From Candidatus Omnitrophota bacterium (GTDB lineage: Bacteria > Omnitrophota > Gorgyraeia > Zapsychrales > Fredricksoniimonadaceae): a DNA stretch of 64,000 nt. Below are positions 1 to 12,000 of the stretch, piece by piece. The translations under genes were made by a program, and so were the position numbers. The notes below the pieces were generated by a model. The model saw only the letters and a program-made list of their open reading frames with translations. It did no database searches and was not told the DNA's origin. Positions within the stretch are counted from its first letter, which is position 1; the number at the start of each line of letters is the position of its first letter. The stretch lies in contig JBAXRK010000001.1 of NCBI GenBank assembly GCA_037131245.1, forward strand, positions 88,385 through 152,384. Reading direction: 5' to 3'.

Positions 1-3000
1 TGATCACCCACATGCCGGGCTTCAACAGGCTGGCCGGAAGCTGCTTGACGATCTTATTGCCGCGATAGAAAACCTTATCATTAAGTTTATCACCAAGTAA
101 ATTAGCTAAACCGCCAACCTTAGCGATCCCCTCAACCACCACCGGAGCATTGCGCACAACTTTGAAATCCGGCGTTTTACCAACCATGTAATAGGCATTG
201 TTAAAACGGCGCAAGGTGATCGCTTTGCCGGCCTTGCCCTTATTAACAACAGAAACGGTGATCTGATCCGCCGTGATCTGCTCTCCGGCAAGCAGCTCCG
301 CCAAAGACTGCTCCTGATTGACCGGCTTAAGCCCATCGATCTCTTTGCCGTCAACCGTAACATTATAGAAATGATCCGCGTCGATCTTAAAATAGTGGTT
401 ATAGCCTCCCTGAATATCCTTAGACGTCAGGCCGAGCTTGGTGAGGATCTCGCGGGCCAGGCCGTTAAGAGCACCCGAAACGGAATAACGATAAGAAGAA
501 GCCACCAACTTGACTTGCAGCTCATAAGGCAGTGAATTGAACTTGAATTGATCACCCAGCTGACTGTCCCACTCCTCCTTGACGCTCAACATGAACAGCT
601 GAACCAGCTTGCCGGCAATGATCGGGTCGCTCAGCAAATCCTTACCAGTGAAGATCGTCCCCTGATGACTCTCTTTGCCTAAATTAGCCGCCAGGCGCGC
701 CAGGTCTTCATCAGAAAGATTGCCCTGCAACTTTTCAGCCACCGCCTTCTGGATCTGATACCAACTGGCGCTGGTGTTAAAACCAAGTAAAGTCCAAACC
801 TCTTTCTCAAAATCTCTCTTGCCGTACGCACCATCGGACTCAGAAACGCCCTCCCACATGGCCAGCGCGCCAAGCAGGTCACCGTTCTTCTCAAAATCCT
901 TCTGTTGTTCCAGGCGCTTAACCATAACATCATCGGCCTTTTCACCGGTATGGCTAAGCCCCTGCTCCACAACCGCCGCCAAACCAGCCGTCGCTAAAAC
1001 CACCGCGCCGGCCGTTCTCTTAGAGGGGATCATGGCCTTGGTCCAGGCCTTCAGGCGGTTCTTAAGAGTCTCGCCCTTGGCGATCACCCGGCCGTATTTG
1101 ACAGCCGCGGTGCCCAAAGTAGCCACGCTCACCGCCGCGGCACCCGCCATCGCCACAACCGGCGTTAACGCTGAATAATACTGCAGGCCGACAAAATGCC
1201 ACAGGTACAGGATAGCCGCCGTGGTGGCCATGGGCACGCCCAGGACCAGTGTATAAGCGGTGGCTTTAACAGGTTCAAAGGTCCGCGCAGGAACCGTGGC
1301 TACAGGCACGATCGGCGCCGGAACATGGAAGGCCGTAAGCGTTCGGCCATCGATCACGGTCAACTTGCCGCTGATCGGGCCAGGCGTCGTTGCGCCGATC
1401 ATAACGCCCTGGAACTCAGGCCTGAAAGGCGTGGTCACAACGGCAGGAACGGAAGGAACGACCGGCGTACCAAAGCCAGGATTGCGCAGGTCAAAACGAG
1501 CCGGCGCTTCATGGTGCTTAGCCACCCAACGGGCCATCAGTTTCCACTGAGCCAGCAAGGTGCTGACCTTCTCTTTAAGTTCGCGAGCGGTTTCTTCGGC
1601 CGTTTTCACCGGATTGTTAAAATCAAAGTCCATCTGGATCGGCGCAGCCACCGCGGCCACAGAAAGCGTGGACGTGGCCTTCGGCAACACAACTTCCGGC
1701 TTGGCCGATTCCTGGACCGTCATCGGGAGCAGATACTGCCCGTTGGCATCCGCGGTGTTGAGGTCAAGTTTCAGCTGATTAGGATCATAGGACGGCGCCT
1801 GCGGGGCCTTTTGATCATTCGCGGCGATATTGGGCTGAGCGGCTTGAGCTACAGGACGGAAGAAATAGAACTGGCCGTTAACTTCAATGACTTCTTTGGG
1901 CTTGGGCTGGCTGATCTGCGGGAGAGCGGCGGCCAAGGTGCTGGAAGCGACAGTAGAAGGTGAAACAACCGATTTAGCAGCCGGAGGCGCTGTCGTTGTC
2001 GCGGCGCCTTTGGCAGGCTCGGTCTTCGGCTGCGCTGTTGCAGCAACCGGGGCCGGAGCCGCTTCGGTGCCTGGCAGAGCGGTAAGAACATTATTCCTTA
2101 AATGATCGGAGAACGCGGTCGAAGGTGTGCCGGTGTCGGATGCTGTAGCCGCAGGAGTCATAACCACCTTCGCCTGTGAAGCCTGTAGCGCAACCTTAGC
2201 CATCAAGTCATTGAAGACCTGGGCCTCACCCGGCTTGCCTGCTAAATACTGCATCAAAGATTCCTGTGAAGCGGACGCTTCACCGGCCTTGATCAACTCG
2301 TTAGCATCCGCAAATTTTTCACGATCGCTGGCCGAGTCAATTTTCTCACGATTACCAATCAGGTCAATGTGCGCCTCATACATCCGGGCATAATCATCAG
2401 CAAACAGCAAAGACTGCTCCAGAACACCCTTCAACCACGGCCTGAGTACTGAAGCTTTCTGTTCTATGTCTCCTATTGGCTGCTGTAAGGTAAATTCATT
2501 AACACCCGCGATCATCCTGATCTTAAGCACATGATTCTCCCCGCCGTCCTTGGAGATCATCGCTTCCAAATCCTGATCAGAAATCTTATTCAAAACATTA
2601 AGCCCTGAAGCAAAAACCAGCTTTGACTTCATGGCCAGCCCGCGGCCTCTCACCAGCATCGTCCTGATCGAAGACGCCTGATTCCGCGCTTCTTCCATAT
2701 CTCCGCGATCAGCAGACAGCTTCATGATCGCGTACTTCCCCTGGAACAATGATTCTGGAACTTGCCCTCTCAACTGATTAAAGAAGTCTTTCATCGGCGC
2801 TAACAGTTTCTGGATCGCCGGAGGATGAGAATCCCAATTATCTTTACCGGGAACCCCAAAAACCTCAACGTAATGAGTAATGATCTCTTCAGGAGAGAAC
2901 TCTTTATCATAGATACCAGAAAGCACCTGTGCCAGCTGTTGGAGTTCCTGATGATTCTCAAAACGCTGCTGCGTTAAAACCCCAAGACGAGAATCCTTCT

Positions 3001-6000
3001 CACGAACCATCCGCTTAAACTCTTCATGAATAAGCTCATGAAGAAAAACGTTAGCGGAATCAAAATTCATTTCGCCATTGATCAGGAACTTCGTTAAAGC
3101 ACGACCCATATGGAAAAACTTGTCTGTAGATAAAGCCGCTGAATTACGCTCTTCCATTATCGGAGTAGCCGCCAGGGTCTTCCCGAATCGATCCTGAACA
3201 AAATTGACCAGGTTTGCCACATACGCTTTACTGCCGGCTTTCGCCTTAAAGACCAATGCGTATGTTTTGGTCAACTGCTGCCTCTTTACTTCATCTTTTT
3301 CCGTAACCTCATTAAGCGCTTGATCAAGAGGCGTCACCGCCAGTTGAACATCCCTGTCGGCAAATTCTTTGTTGTACTCCGCGGCCACCGCCTCCATCTC
3401 AGCCTTAGGCGCGCCGGACCTAACCGCTTTTTCCCACTTTTTACTAAACGAATTAGTAAAAGACTGTGCATTAGCGACCGCGCGTTCGAAATCCACCGCA
3501 TTAACTTTCAGGATATCACCTTCGATCTCCGGCTTAACGCTATAGCGCTGCAGAAATTCGACCGTCTGAACATCTTTCGCTGAGATCTCGTACTGCTCGC
3601 CCTTCTTCACCAAGATCCTGTCAAAGATGAACCGGCCAACCTGCTGTCCCTTGTAGCTCAAAATGCCTTTTTCACGGTCAATCTCGGTCCCTTTGCTAAA
3701 AGTAACGGTAACATTCCCGTCATTATCCTTATAAACCAGGTCGCGCGATAAAACCGACTGTGAACGAACAACGCCCGCTCCAGCGTGATCCACGCGATAA
3801 GTATCTATTGTTGCGACCCGGTCAACTTTTGTCCCATTCGGGCTGATCACCCGAATCTGCGCCTTGGGAACCTCAAAAACGTTCTGATCGTTTAACGTAT
3901 AAATATGATCACCGAAGACCCCGGCTTTAACTTCACCTTTCTCACCACGGATCACAAGGACCTTCTCGCCTTTAACATCATTGGCGAACTCAACCTGATC
4001 TCCGGCCACCACTGTAACCCCGCGCAACAACACCGGCGCCTTATTTGCAACCTCACCGCCAACCTTCACTAACTGGCCGTCCCGCACTTCCATCCGATTC
4101 TTCACAAATAACTTATCGTGACGCATATCGGGAAGCTGAATATGATCCTCGGTCACGGCTTCAAACGCAAAATTTTTACCCTTTATTTGACTATCGATCT
4201 CGTTTTTATAAAGAACTCCCTCAAAGATAACGCCACGGATGATCTCCCGATACTTCCCGTCCGCCTGCAGAATGTGCTCACTGACGATCTGCGACTTGCG
4301 GCCATCCATATCCGGAGTTGGTTGCGCAACAACCAACTTCGTGGTCGACGCAAGCCCCAGTGCTTTTACAAGCGCCTGATGACTCTGCACCGTAACGCGG
4401 TACTGATCTTTATCCTCGGCGATCACGCCTTTGCCCTGATCAAAATGTGAGAGCCCGGTAATATTAATCGGAGCCCCGGCCACGCCATTAGCGCCCATAA
4501 CATGCACAGACTGCGATTGCTCATATATGGGCGTCTTACCATCCCATTTAAGATCGCCGCTAACCCAACCGCTGACCATCAACGGGCCTTCCCAGGGCTT
4601 CGTATTGACAATAGCGCCACGGGTTATATACCTGACCGGCGCTATCGCCGTAGAACCTGTATCACGCACCTGATCCCAGGCCTTCATATCTGCATAAACG
4701 TTGTACCCGGCGCTGGTCAATCCATTCTTCATATCAACAACCTGGCCCGGCTGCACAATATTGGCACCGTTCTGGTCCATCCGCACGCCCTGGCCATTGG
4801 GTAAGGCCACCAAGGCGTTAAATGAATACTCCTGCCCGTTATTAAAAAGGACAGCCTCATGGTAACCGGCGCCAAGCGCGCGCGTATATATCCTGGCAAA
4901 AGACGTTTGTCCCGTAAGCTCCTGAAACTGCCTGATCGCCGCAATCGTGCTGGCCTTATGAATATCCGCAATGAATTTCTGGGCCTCTTCCATATTGACC
5001 GAACGGGCCACTGTCATTGTACTGCTGGCGGCCTGAACCGACGCTTCCGTCGCTAACTCGCCCATGGTCTGCAACAGGACTTTTTTAGCTTCCGCCTCAT
5101 GCCCGCCGGAAACCAAAGCCCTCAGGGTGTTCGCCCGATCTGTTGACAAAGCCGGATCCGGATTGTCCCGGCTCAGGCAGGTCACTGTAATATACTCACC
5201 ATCGGAGCGCGTAACCGGGAATATTCCTTTGCCCACCTCATTCAACGAATTCACGCGCAAAGACGCCTGATCATGGCCGAATTTGGGGCGCAGGGTATAG
5301 TCGCGGATCGTCACAAAAAGATCCTTGCCCTCAATTGAAACCGCTTCCTGCACAGCGGTTAGAATAATAACCCTCTTGGCCCCTATTTCAACTTCATTGC
5401 CATTCTGATCAACAATTATGCCGTCTTTGAGCAATTTTGCGACAGAGCGCATCTGGTCAGGATCCCTTTTGACCACGATCAGGTCTTCACTGTTAAGCTT
5501 GCTGATCTCCTGCCAGGCTTCATCACGCGATACCGCAGAGTTGCTGTTAAGCACAAGAACATTCTTGAGTTTCCTGGAAGCCACATCAGTAGAAGGGGAA
5601 CTGGCCCAGTCAAGAGCATCGTGAAGACTCGCCTGTGAAGCTGACTGATCTAACCTGAACTCTGAACTCCAATTAGTATGGTATTCCAACGCAAGCTGTG
5701 TCTTATCAAAATGCTGTACCCCGACTGATAAAAGATCCGCCATCTTGGCGACCGCATCGGCTGAACCGGTGTAACCGATCACGCCCGGCATCGTCGCGAT
5801 CAATTCGGCCGCCGTAACCTGACGATCATGACCCTGAGCTACCAATTCAGCAAATCGTGTAATGGGCGTTGTTTCTGCCTCCATAAAATCATGAACCGCA
5901 AGAACGCCGCGCATCTTGGCCTTTAACCCGGTCTCATCGCTATAAACCCGGCCATACGCCTCCTTACCCAAAGCTTCAAGGTGCTCGAAAATAACCAGCT

Positions 6001-9000
6001 CGGCCAAGCCCTTGGGATTCGTCCTGATAGCAAAATTAGCATGATGGATCTCATTCTTAAACGCCCAGGCAATCTCGTTTAACAACGGGGTCAAGACGCC
6101 TTCCGTCGCCCCTTCCTGAGATGCGGTCAAGCTCTTATACCAATCTGTTTCACCGAACTGCTGTTTTAACCTCTCTCCAAAACCATTGTTGAACCGGGCA
6201 TTATGCAAACTATCTGTTTCGATCATTGTATTAATCAAATCGGCTGTCGCTTGCGTAGGCTTCCCGGTACTGGTATCCCCCGCCAGCACCCTGATGGCCT
6301 TCACCAATTCATCGCCCAATTGCTGTGTGCGCTGTAATTTAGCCCTGAACTCTTCACCTCTTCCGTTGATGAGAGCAGCCCCGTCTACACCGCCACCCTT
6401 GATCATTGCCGGGCTCAAAAGGAATTTATGAACTTCATCAATGAACGTCAAAGAATTGCGGAAGGGATTTTTTTCGTCACTCTTGAAATCGTACCCAGCG
6501 ATCTGCTCCGGCGTCATACCGCTGTTCTTCATTTCCTGCTCTTTGACTCCCTTAAACTGAAGCTGAGCTTCAAAAGCCTCCGTAAAAGTCAGCACCCTGA
6601 TCTTATTGCCTTGTTTATCGATACCGCGAGAGAATATCTCGGGAGCCGAGTTAACAGCCGCCTCAGCTTCACCTTTACTGGGCTTAAGTAAAATAAACTC
6701 GGCGTTAGGCGCATTCTTCGCGGCATATTCCAGCAATGCCTTAAGGACAAAGCGCTCCATCGTTGTTTTACCGCCGGCCATTTGCAGGGTTAACAATTTG
6801 CCGTCAACCGATTTTCCATCCCTGATCGCATCAAGCGACTTCAGGGAAAGATTAATAAGAGCCTCCAAATACCCGTCGTTAACAGAAACGTCCTTCACAG
6901 TTAACTGATTATTCCCGGTCTCTTGAATCTTTTGAGCAAGAAAATGCTCCAAAACTTCCCCGCGAACCTTCTCAAATATGCCTTTAAGAGCACCGTGAGG
7001 AGATTCTTTAACAGCGATCTGCATTTCATTTGAGACTTTATTCAAAAGGGTAAACTTTTCCTGAGTCGCAGTCATTTCAAACAGGCGGCTGGCCTGGGGG
7101 GTCAATTTGAATTTGTCACCCATCGCGCTAAATACGTCAGCCCACTCCAACAATGGCTTCCCTGAAGCAACATCGGACACATTCTTAAGAAACTCCGACT
7201 TCGCCTCAACCGTCCCATTCTGATAAACATCAAGAGCCTGGCTTAAAAGATCAAGCGAGGATTTCATCCCGGACTCGATCCCGTGCATATCCATTGCCGT
7301 CAACGTGGTTTTCCCCAGCGCTTCCCTGGCAGCAGATACTTTCTCAACCAGCTTATCTGCCAGCTTGGGAGTCATGGTTTGCTTCGCCAGTGTCTCTGAG
7401 AGTGTCCCATAACCTTCCAGCAATTCGGCCATCGCCCCAAAACCTTTGGTCGGATCGATCATCTGCGCCTGCCTGAACTCAGATGCCAGAAGACCCGTAT
7501 CCACGCTCTTTCCATCGGCCCTTTTAGCCTGGAATTCCGTCATGATCGCATCAAGATGCGGCTGAAGCGCAACCTGCTTGCGCAATTCGAAAGCTTTCGA
7601 GTCAAGCGCTAACTCGGGAGATCTTAACAGTTCGTCGGCGGCACGAAGATGCTGCGACCCAATAACTGAATTCCCCGCTTCAAACAAGACGGAGTGCAAG
7701 GACAATTCTTTTTCAGCGATCAGCAGTTTGATTTGCGCACGGCCCTGAGCCGTTGCCGCGCTAGTCAAAAGATCATTAAGCTCTTTGACCGTATTGACCA
7801 GCATGTCGTAAGGCTTAGAACTATTGCTGTTGATCCTGGCCGCATCGGCAACAAGAACGTTAAGCTTGGCGGTTTCAACCAGAATGCCGTCCTGTAAAGC
7901 ATTCCTTGTTTCAGGCTTGATCGCGTCATTAAGCGTGATCAACTGCTTCAATTCAGCGACCAAACTTTCAAGCTGGGCTTTCTCTCCCTGTGCATTACGC
8001 CCTGTGGTTCCGGAAGCATCCACCTTCTGCTCATTGCTGAAACGCTCAAAGCCCATCTTGGTCAGAGCCGAAATAGCCCTCTCTGCCATGCTCGCGTCAG
8101 CCGACAAAGCCAATAACTTATAACTGCTGATTAGCCGATCATGAACACCATTGACCAGATCTTCCCCGCGCTGAGATTCTCCCTCCCTGGCAATGCCAAG
8201 CAACCTGTCTATTTCTCCATAAGCCTGATCCGCAGTATAAACCTGGATCTCAGGCGACTGCCGCAATGCTTCCAACTTTTGCCGTAACATAGCCGTTTTC
8301 GCTATATCGATATTGGAGGGAGATCCTTTCAGCTGCTCGATCTGGGTCTCGATCTCCGTCATCCGGGCAAGTGCCGAGTGCACATCAACCGGCTTCGCAT
8401 CATCTAAACTCTGTTTCAAGGCGCTTAATTGCTGTTCCCTGCTGCCAGGTTGGGCAGCAACAGCCGGATCGGTCGATGCCTGACGCTCTGCAACGAGCCT
8501 GGCCAAAGCCTGATCCACACCCGCCTTAACCTGCTCAACCTGCGACGCAACGCGCGGATTATCAACCGCGTTCTTCAGTTCCTGGCGTAATTTAATACCA
8601 TTCTGATCAGCAAGCCCGATCGCCGACACCCTGCTAACGATGGCATAGGCATCATCAAAAGAGATCGCCTTACTGCCCACCGCTTCAGACAATTTTTGAG
8701 AAGCCTGTTCGATCTGATACGCCGCTACATGAGCAGAATCGGACCGGCTGGCCGCATCAATAACCTCGCCAACAGAGGTCCACACCCCACGCATTACCTC
8801 GGCTCTTTTTTTAACTTCCGGGACAGTGGATTGGATATCGTTCTCAATCCGGATAAGACCGGCCTCATAACGAACCTGAACATCATTATTTCCAGCTCTA
8901 ATAATCTCATTCAAACGCGGGTCGTTCTTCCCCGCCAGTAAAGCCTTGTCCAGAGAAAGCTGCTGTTGTTTCGTCAGTGCTTCCTTTTTATCAAGCTCAA

Positions 9001-12000
9001 CCTGAACGCCTTCCTGATTTTTGGCCAAAGCATGCCCAGTCGCCCGCCAATCAGCCGATTCAATATCGATCCCGATGATCCTGGCCTCAGCCAGATTCTT
9101 ATCCGCCAGACTGCTCGTGGGGCTATCGATGATCTTTTGTAGATCCACCTTCCGGCTCTCCTGGTACTCGCTGTGAGCCTTATTACCGGCACTCATATCA
9201 AGTTGCGCCAAATTCCTGATCGATTCAAGCACCACCTGATTAGCTCTTTGCACAGACTGCGGATCTGCCGCGGGATTGCTCACCACTTCGCCCCTGGCCT
9301 CGATCAACCGGCCAACCATGTACTTGGCGTCGCTCTTTTGAACATCCAAAGAATCCTCCCTAACCCGGCCGCCCTGGGGTACCAAGAACAAGCTATAGAA
9401 GGAACCCTGCTGGGCGATAGCATCGACCCTCGCCTGCACCGCATCGTTGACCATATTCTTTTTAGTGGCGTAGTCGGCATCGGCATATTTCAATCTAGCC
9501 CACTCTTCGGCCTCAAACCTGTTGACCACATCCGGCGCCATATAACGGATCCCATGGCCGATCGCCGCGCCGCTTGCCGACAGAAGGCCGATCGTGCCTA
9601 CCATGCCCAAAGACTGGTAACCTTCAACCGCCCTGGCAAGACGACCGCTCGAATTCTTAGTTACCGCCGATAACGGCATCTGGAACAAGCCCAGCATAGG
9701 CCCAAGGCTGTAACCGCTCTGTAAGCCGCCCGTAACATCCTGCTTAAGCATCTCCCAAGCGCCGGTTCTCTGCGCGACCGAACCGTCCGCATTGCGGAGG
9801 GTCACAGGATCAAATTTGTCGAAAGCCCTGCGGCCGGCATCACCCCAGGTTAAGCCTTTTCCAAACACATTCTCAACCCCGAAATCAACAACCCTGTTCA
9901 CCGGCAAACTTACCATGCGCCAGGCGGGCATCATGGCCGCAAAATCCAGAGCGGAAGATATTGACATTTTCGCCGCCACTTCCGGATTAGTGCCCATACT
10001 AATGAGGTTCGGCTCAATCCGGACGATCTTGCCTTCGGCATTAACAGCACTGCTGGCCCAGGCTTGCATGACCGGCCGGGCTAATGTAAGAAGAGACAAC
10101 AACCCACCCGCCGCCGCACCGTACATGGTATATTTCACCCGGTCTTCAGAAGTAACTTTTTCGGGACTGGCAAAAGAGGTGGCAAAACCGCCAACGGCAC
10201 CCACCGTCACACCACCGGCAAGTTTCTCGATCGCGCCATTACGGACCATCAGCCGGGCATATTGGCCTACTGTCAGATCACCAGCGGAGAAATAACTGCT
10301 GATCGCCTGCATTCTGGTGGGAATGGAGAACGGCGAATATTTCTCCAAAAAGATCTGCGTACCGCCTTTTTTTACCGTCTCGGCTTTAGCCGCCGCGTTC
10401 TCGATACCAGCCGCTTTCTGTGCCCAGCCCGGAGCCGCTTTCGTAATGCCGGTCCCGATAACACCAGCCGCGGCATCAAAGATCATTTCCTTGCTTAAAA
10501 TATCCGATCCCCGCAACTTCCTATCTGCCATGCCGCCAACTAGATTAATGGCCGTATTAGCCACTGTGTCGTAGGCATTTTTGCTAAAAGACGATGTTAA
10601 ACTATTCGACACCTTACCTTTAAGTGCTCCGGCCAAATAACCGCCGCCAAATCCGACAGCCGCATCAACAATGCCCTGGCCGCTCAAGATATAATCCGAA
10701 AAGCTCCTGTCATGCATCGCGTTCGAGAGCGCACCGCGGGTCACATTGATCGCCATGCCGCTAGCCGCCATGGCCAAGCGTTCTTTATTGATCTCCGAAC
10801 CAAAAATTTTAATGGAATCCTTACCCATACCCATGAATTCTTTGGTGGCCCCGGCAAAAAGGCCTGTCGCAGCGCCATATCCAAAGCCGGTGCCATAACT
10901 CTCAACACTCGCCAAAGGCGCAGCATACCAATCTTTACTGGCCCTGATCGTTTTCTCCTGAAGGACGCTGTCGATACCCAAACTAACATTAGCCATCCCG
11001 AAAGCAGGGCGAATCATCGTTTGCATAAATGCGCCCGATCTACCACCAAAAGCATACGCCGCATTCTCTGCTGGCGCAGCAAGAGCCAACTCAGTCGCCG
11101 CGAATTGCGACCCGGAGACCAGCGCCATCACGGAAAGGCTCTGCTCCAATGTCAACAGCTCATGATTAACGAGTAAAGATCCGGCATTCGCGGCAATGGT
11201 CACGCGAGCTCCGCTGGACATCGCGGTCAACGCCTTAACCTGCCATGGTGACAAATCCTGACCCAAAAAGCCTTTAGAGAATGTAGACGGAGCACTGAGG
11301 GCCAAATACGCTAACGGCACAACCATCGCGCCGCCCACGGTAGATTTGATTATATTCGATGTGGTGTAACCATCTTTCATGAATGCCGGCGCAATAGCCC
11401 CGCTGCCTACAGCAGTTCCAAGCGTTGAAATTCCAATCCCTCTTGCTACGCTACCGCCACCAACATAACTAAGGCCTTTGGTCATCCCCCCTAAAGCAGA
11501 GCTCTGCCAACCCGACGCAACGGTCCCGATCCTGGTCCCGGCGATCGCAGTGCCGGCCACACTCAACAACGGTGCCGCCGCGGCAAAATAAAGACTGTTC
11601 GCCGCAGCTGAAGAACCGCTTTGCAGCGCAACATCCACATCGCCGCCGCTCTTGGCTAAACCATAAGCAGTGCCACCAACAAAACTAAGGCCACTGGTAA
11701 CGGCTATTGATTTCGCCGCTACACCCACACCATTAAGCGCTGAAAAAGCCTCCGCAGCGGCAGTAGCCTGTTCAACAGTTTTTCCGGCAGCAATAGCACT
11801 CCTGAACGCAATAGTACCCTTAACGCTATTGGCGACCATTCCAATGCCAGCGGTCGCCAACATCAACGCAGCCGACTTGCTCGACATTGAGGAAATATCC
11901 AACGCCGCGATCGTATCCGTATTCAAGCTCGTATTACGCATCAAGAACCGGCTGACCGCGGTCGATTCATGGTCTAATGTCGACTCATACTGACCGCCTA

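Noticed and set aside
1196-1963. A 255-aa plus-strand ORF and other ORFs of 60-190 aa scattered through 1-20,599 on both strands.
   Set aside because: All lie in frames other than the open giant frame. Their translations are dominated by R, G, H and P or by A, T, S and P runs, which is characteristic of out-of-frame readings of the giant gene.
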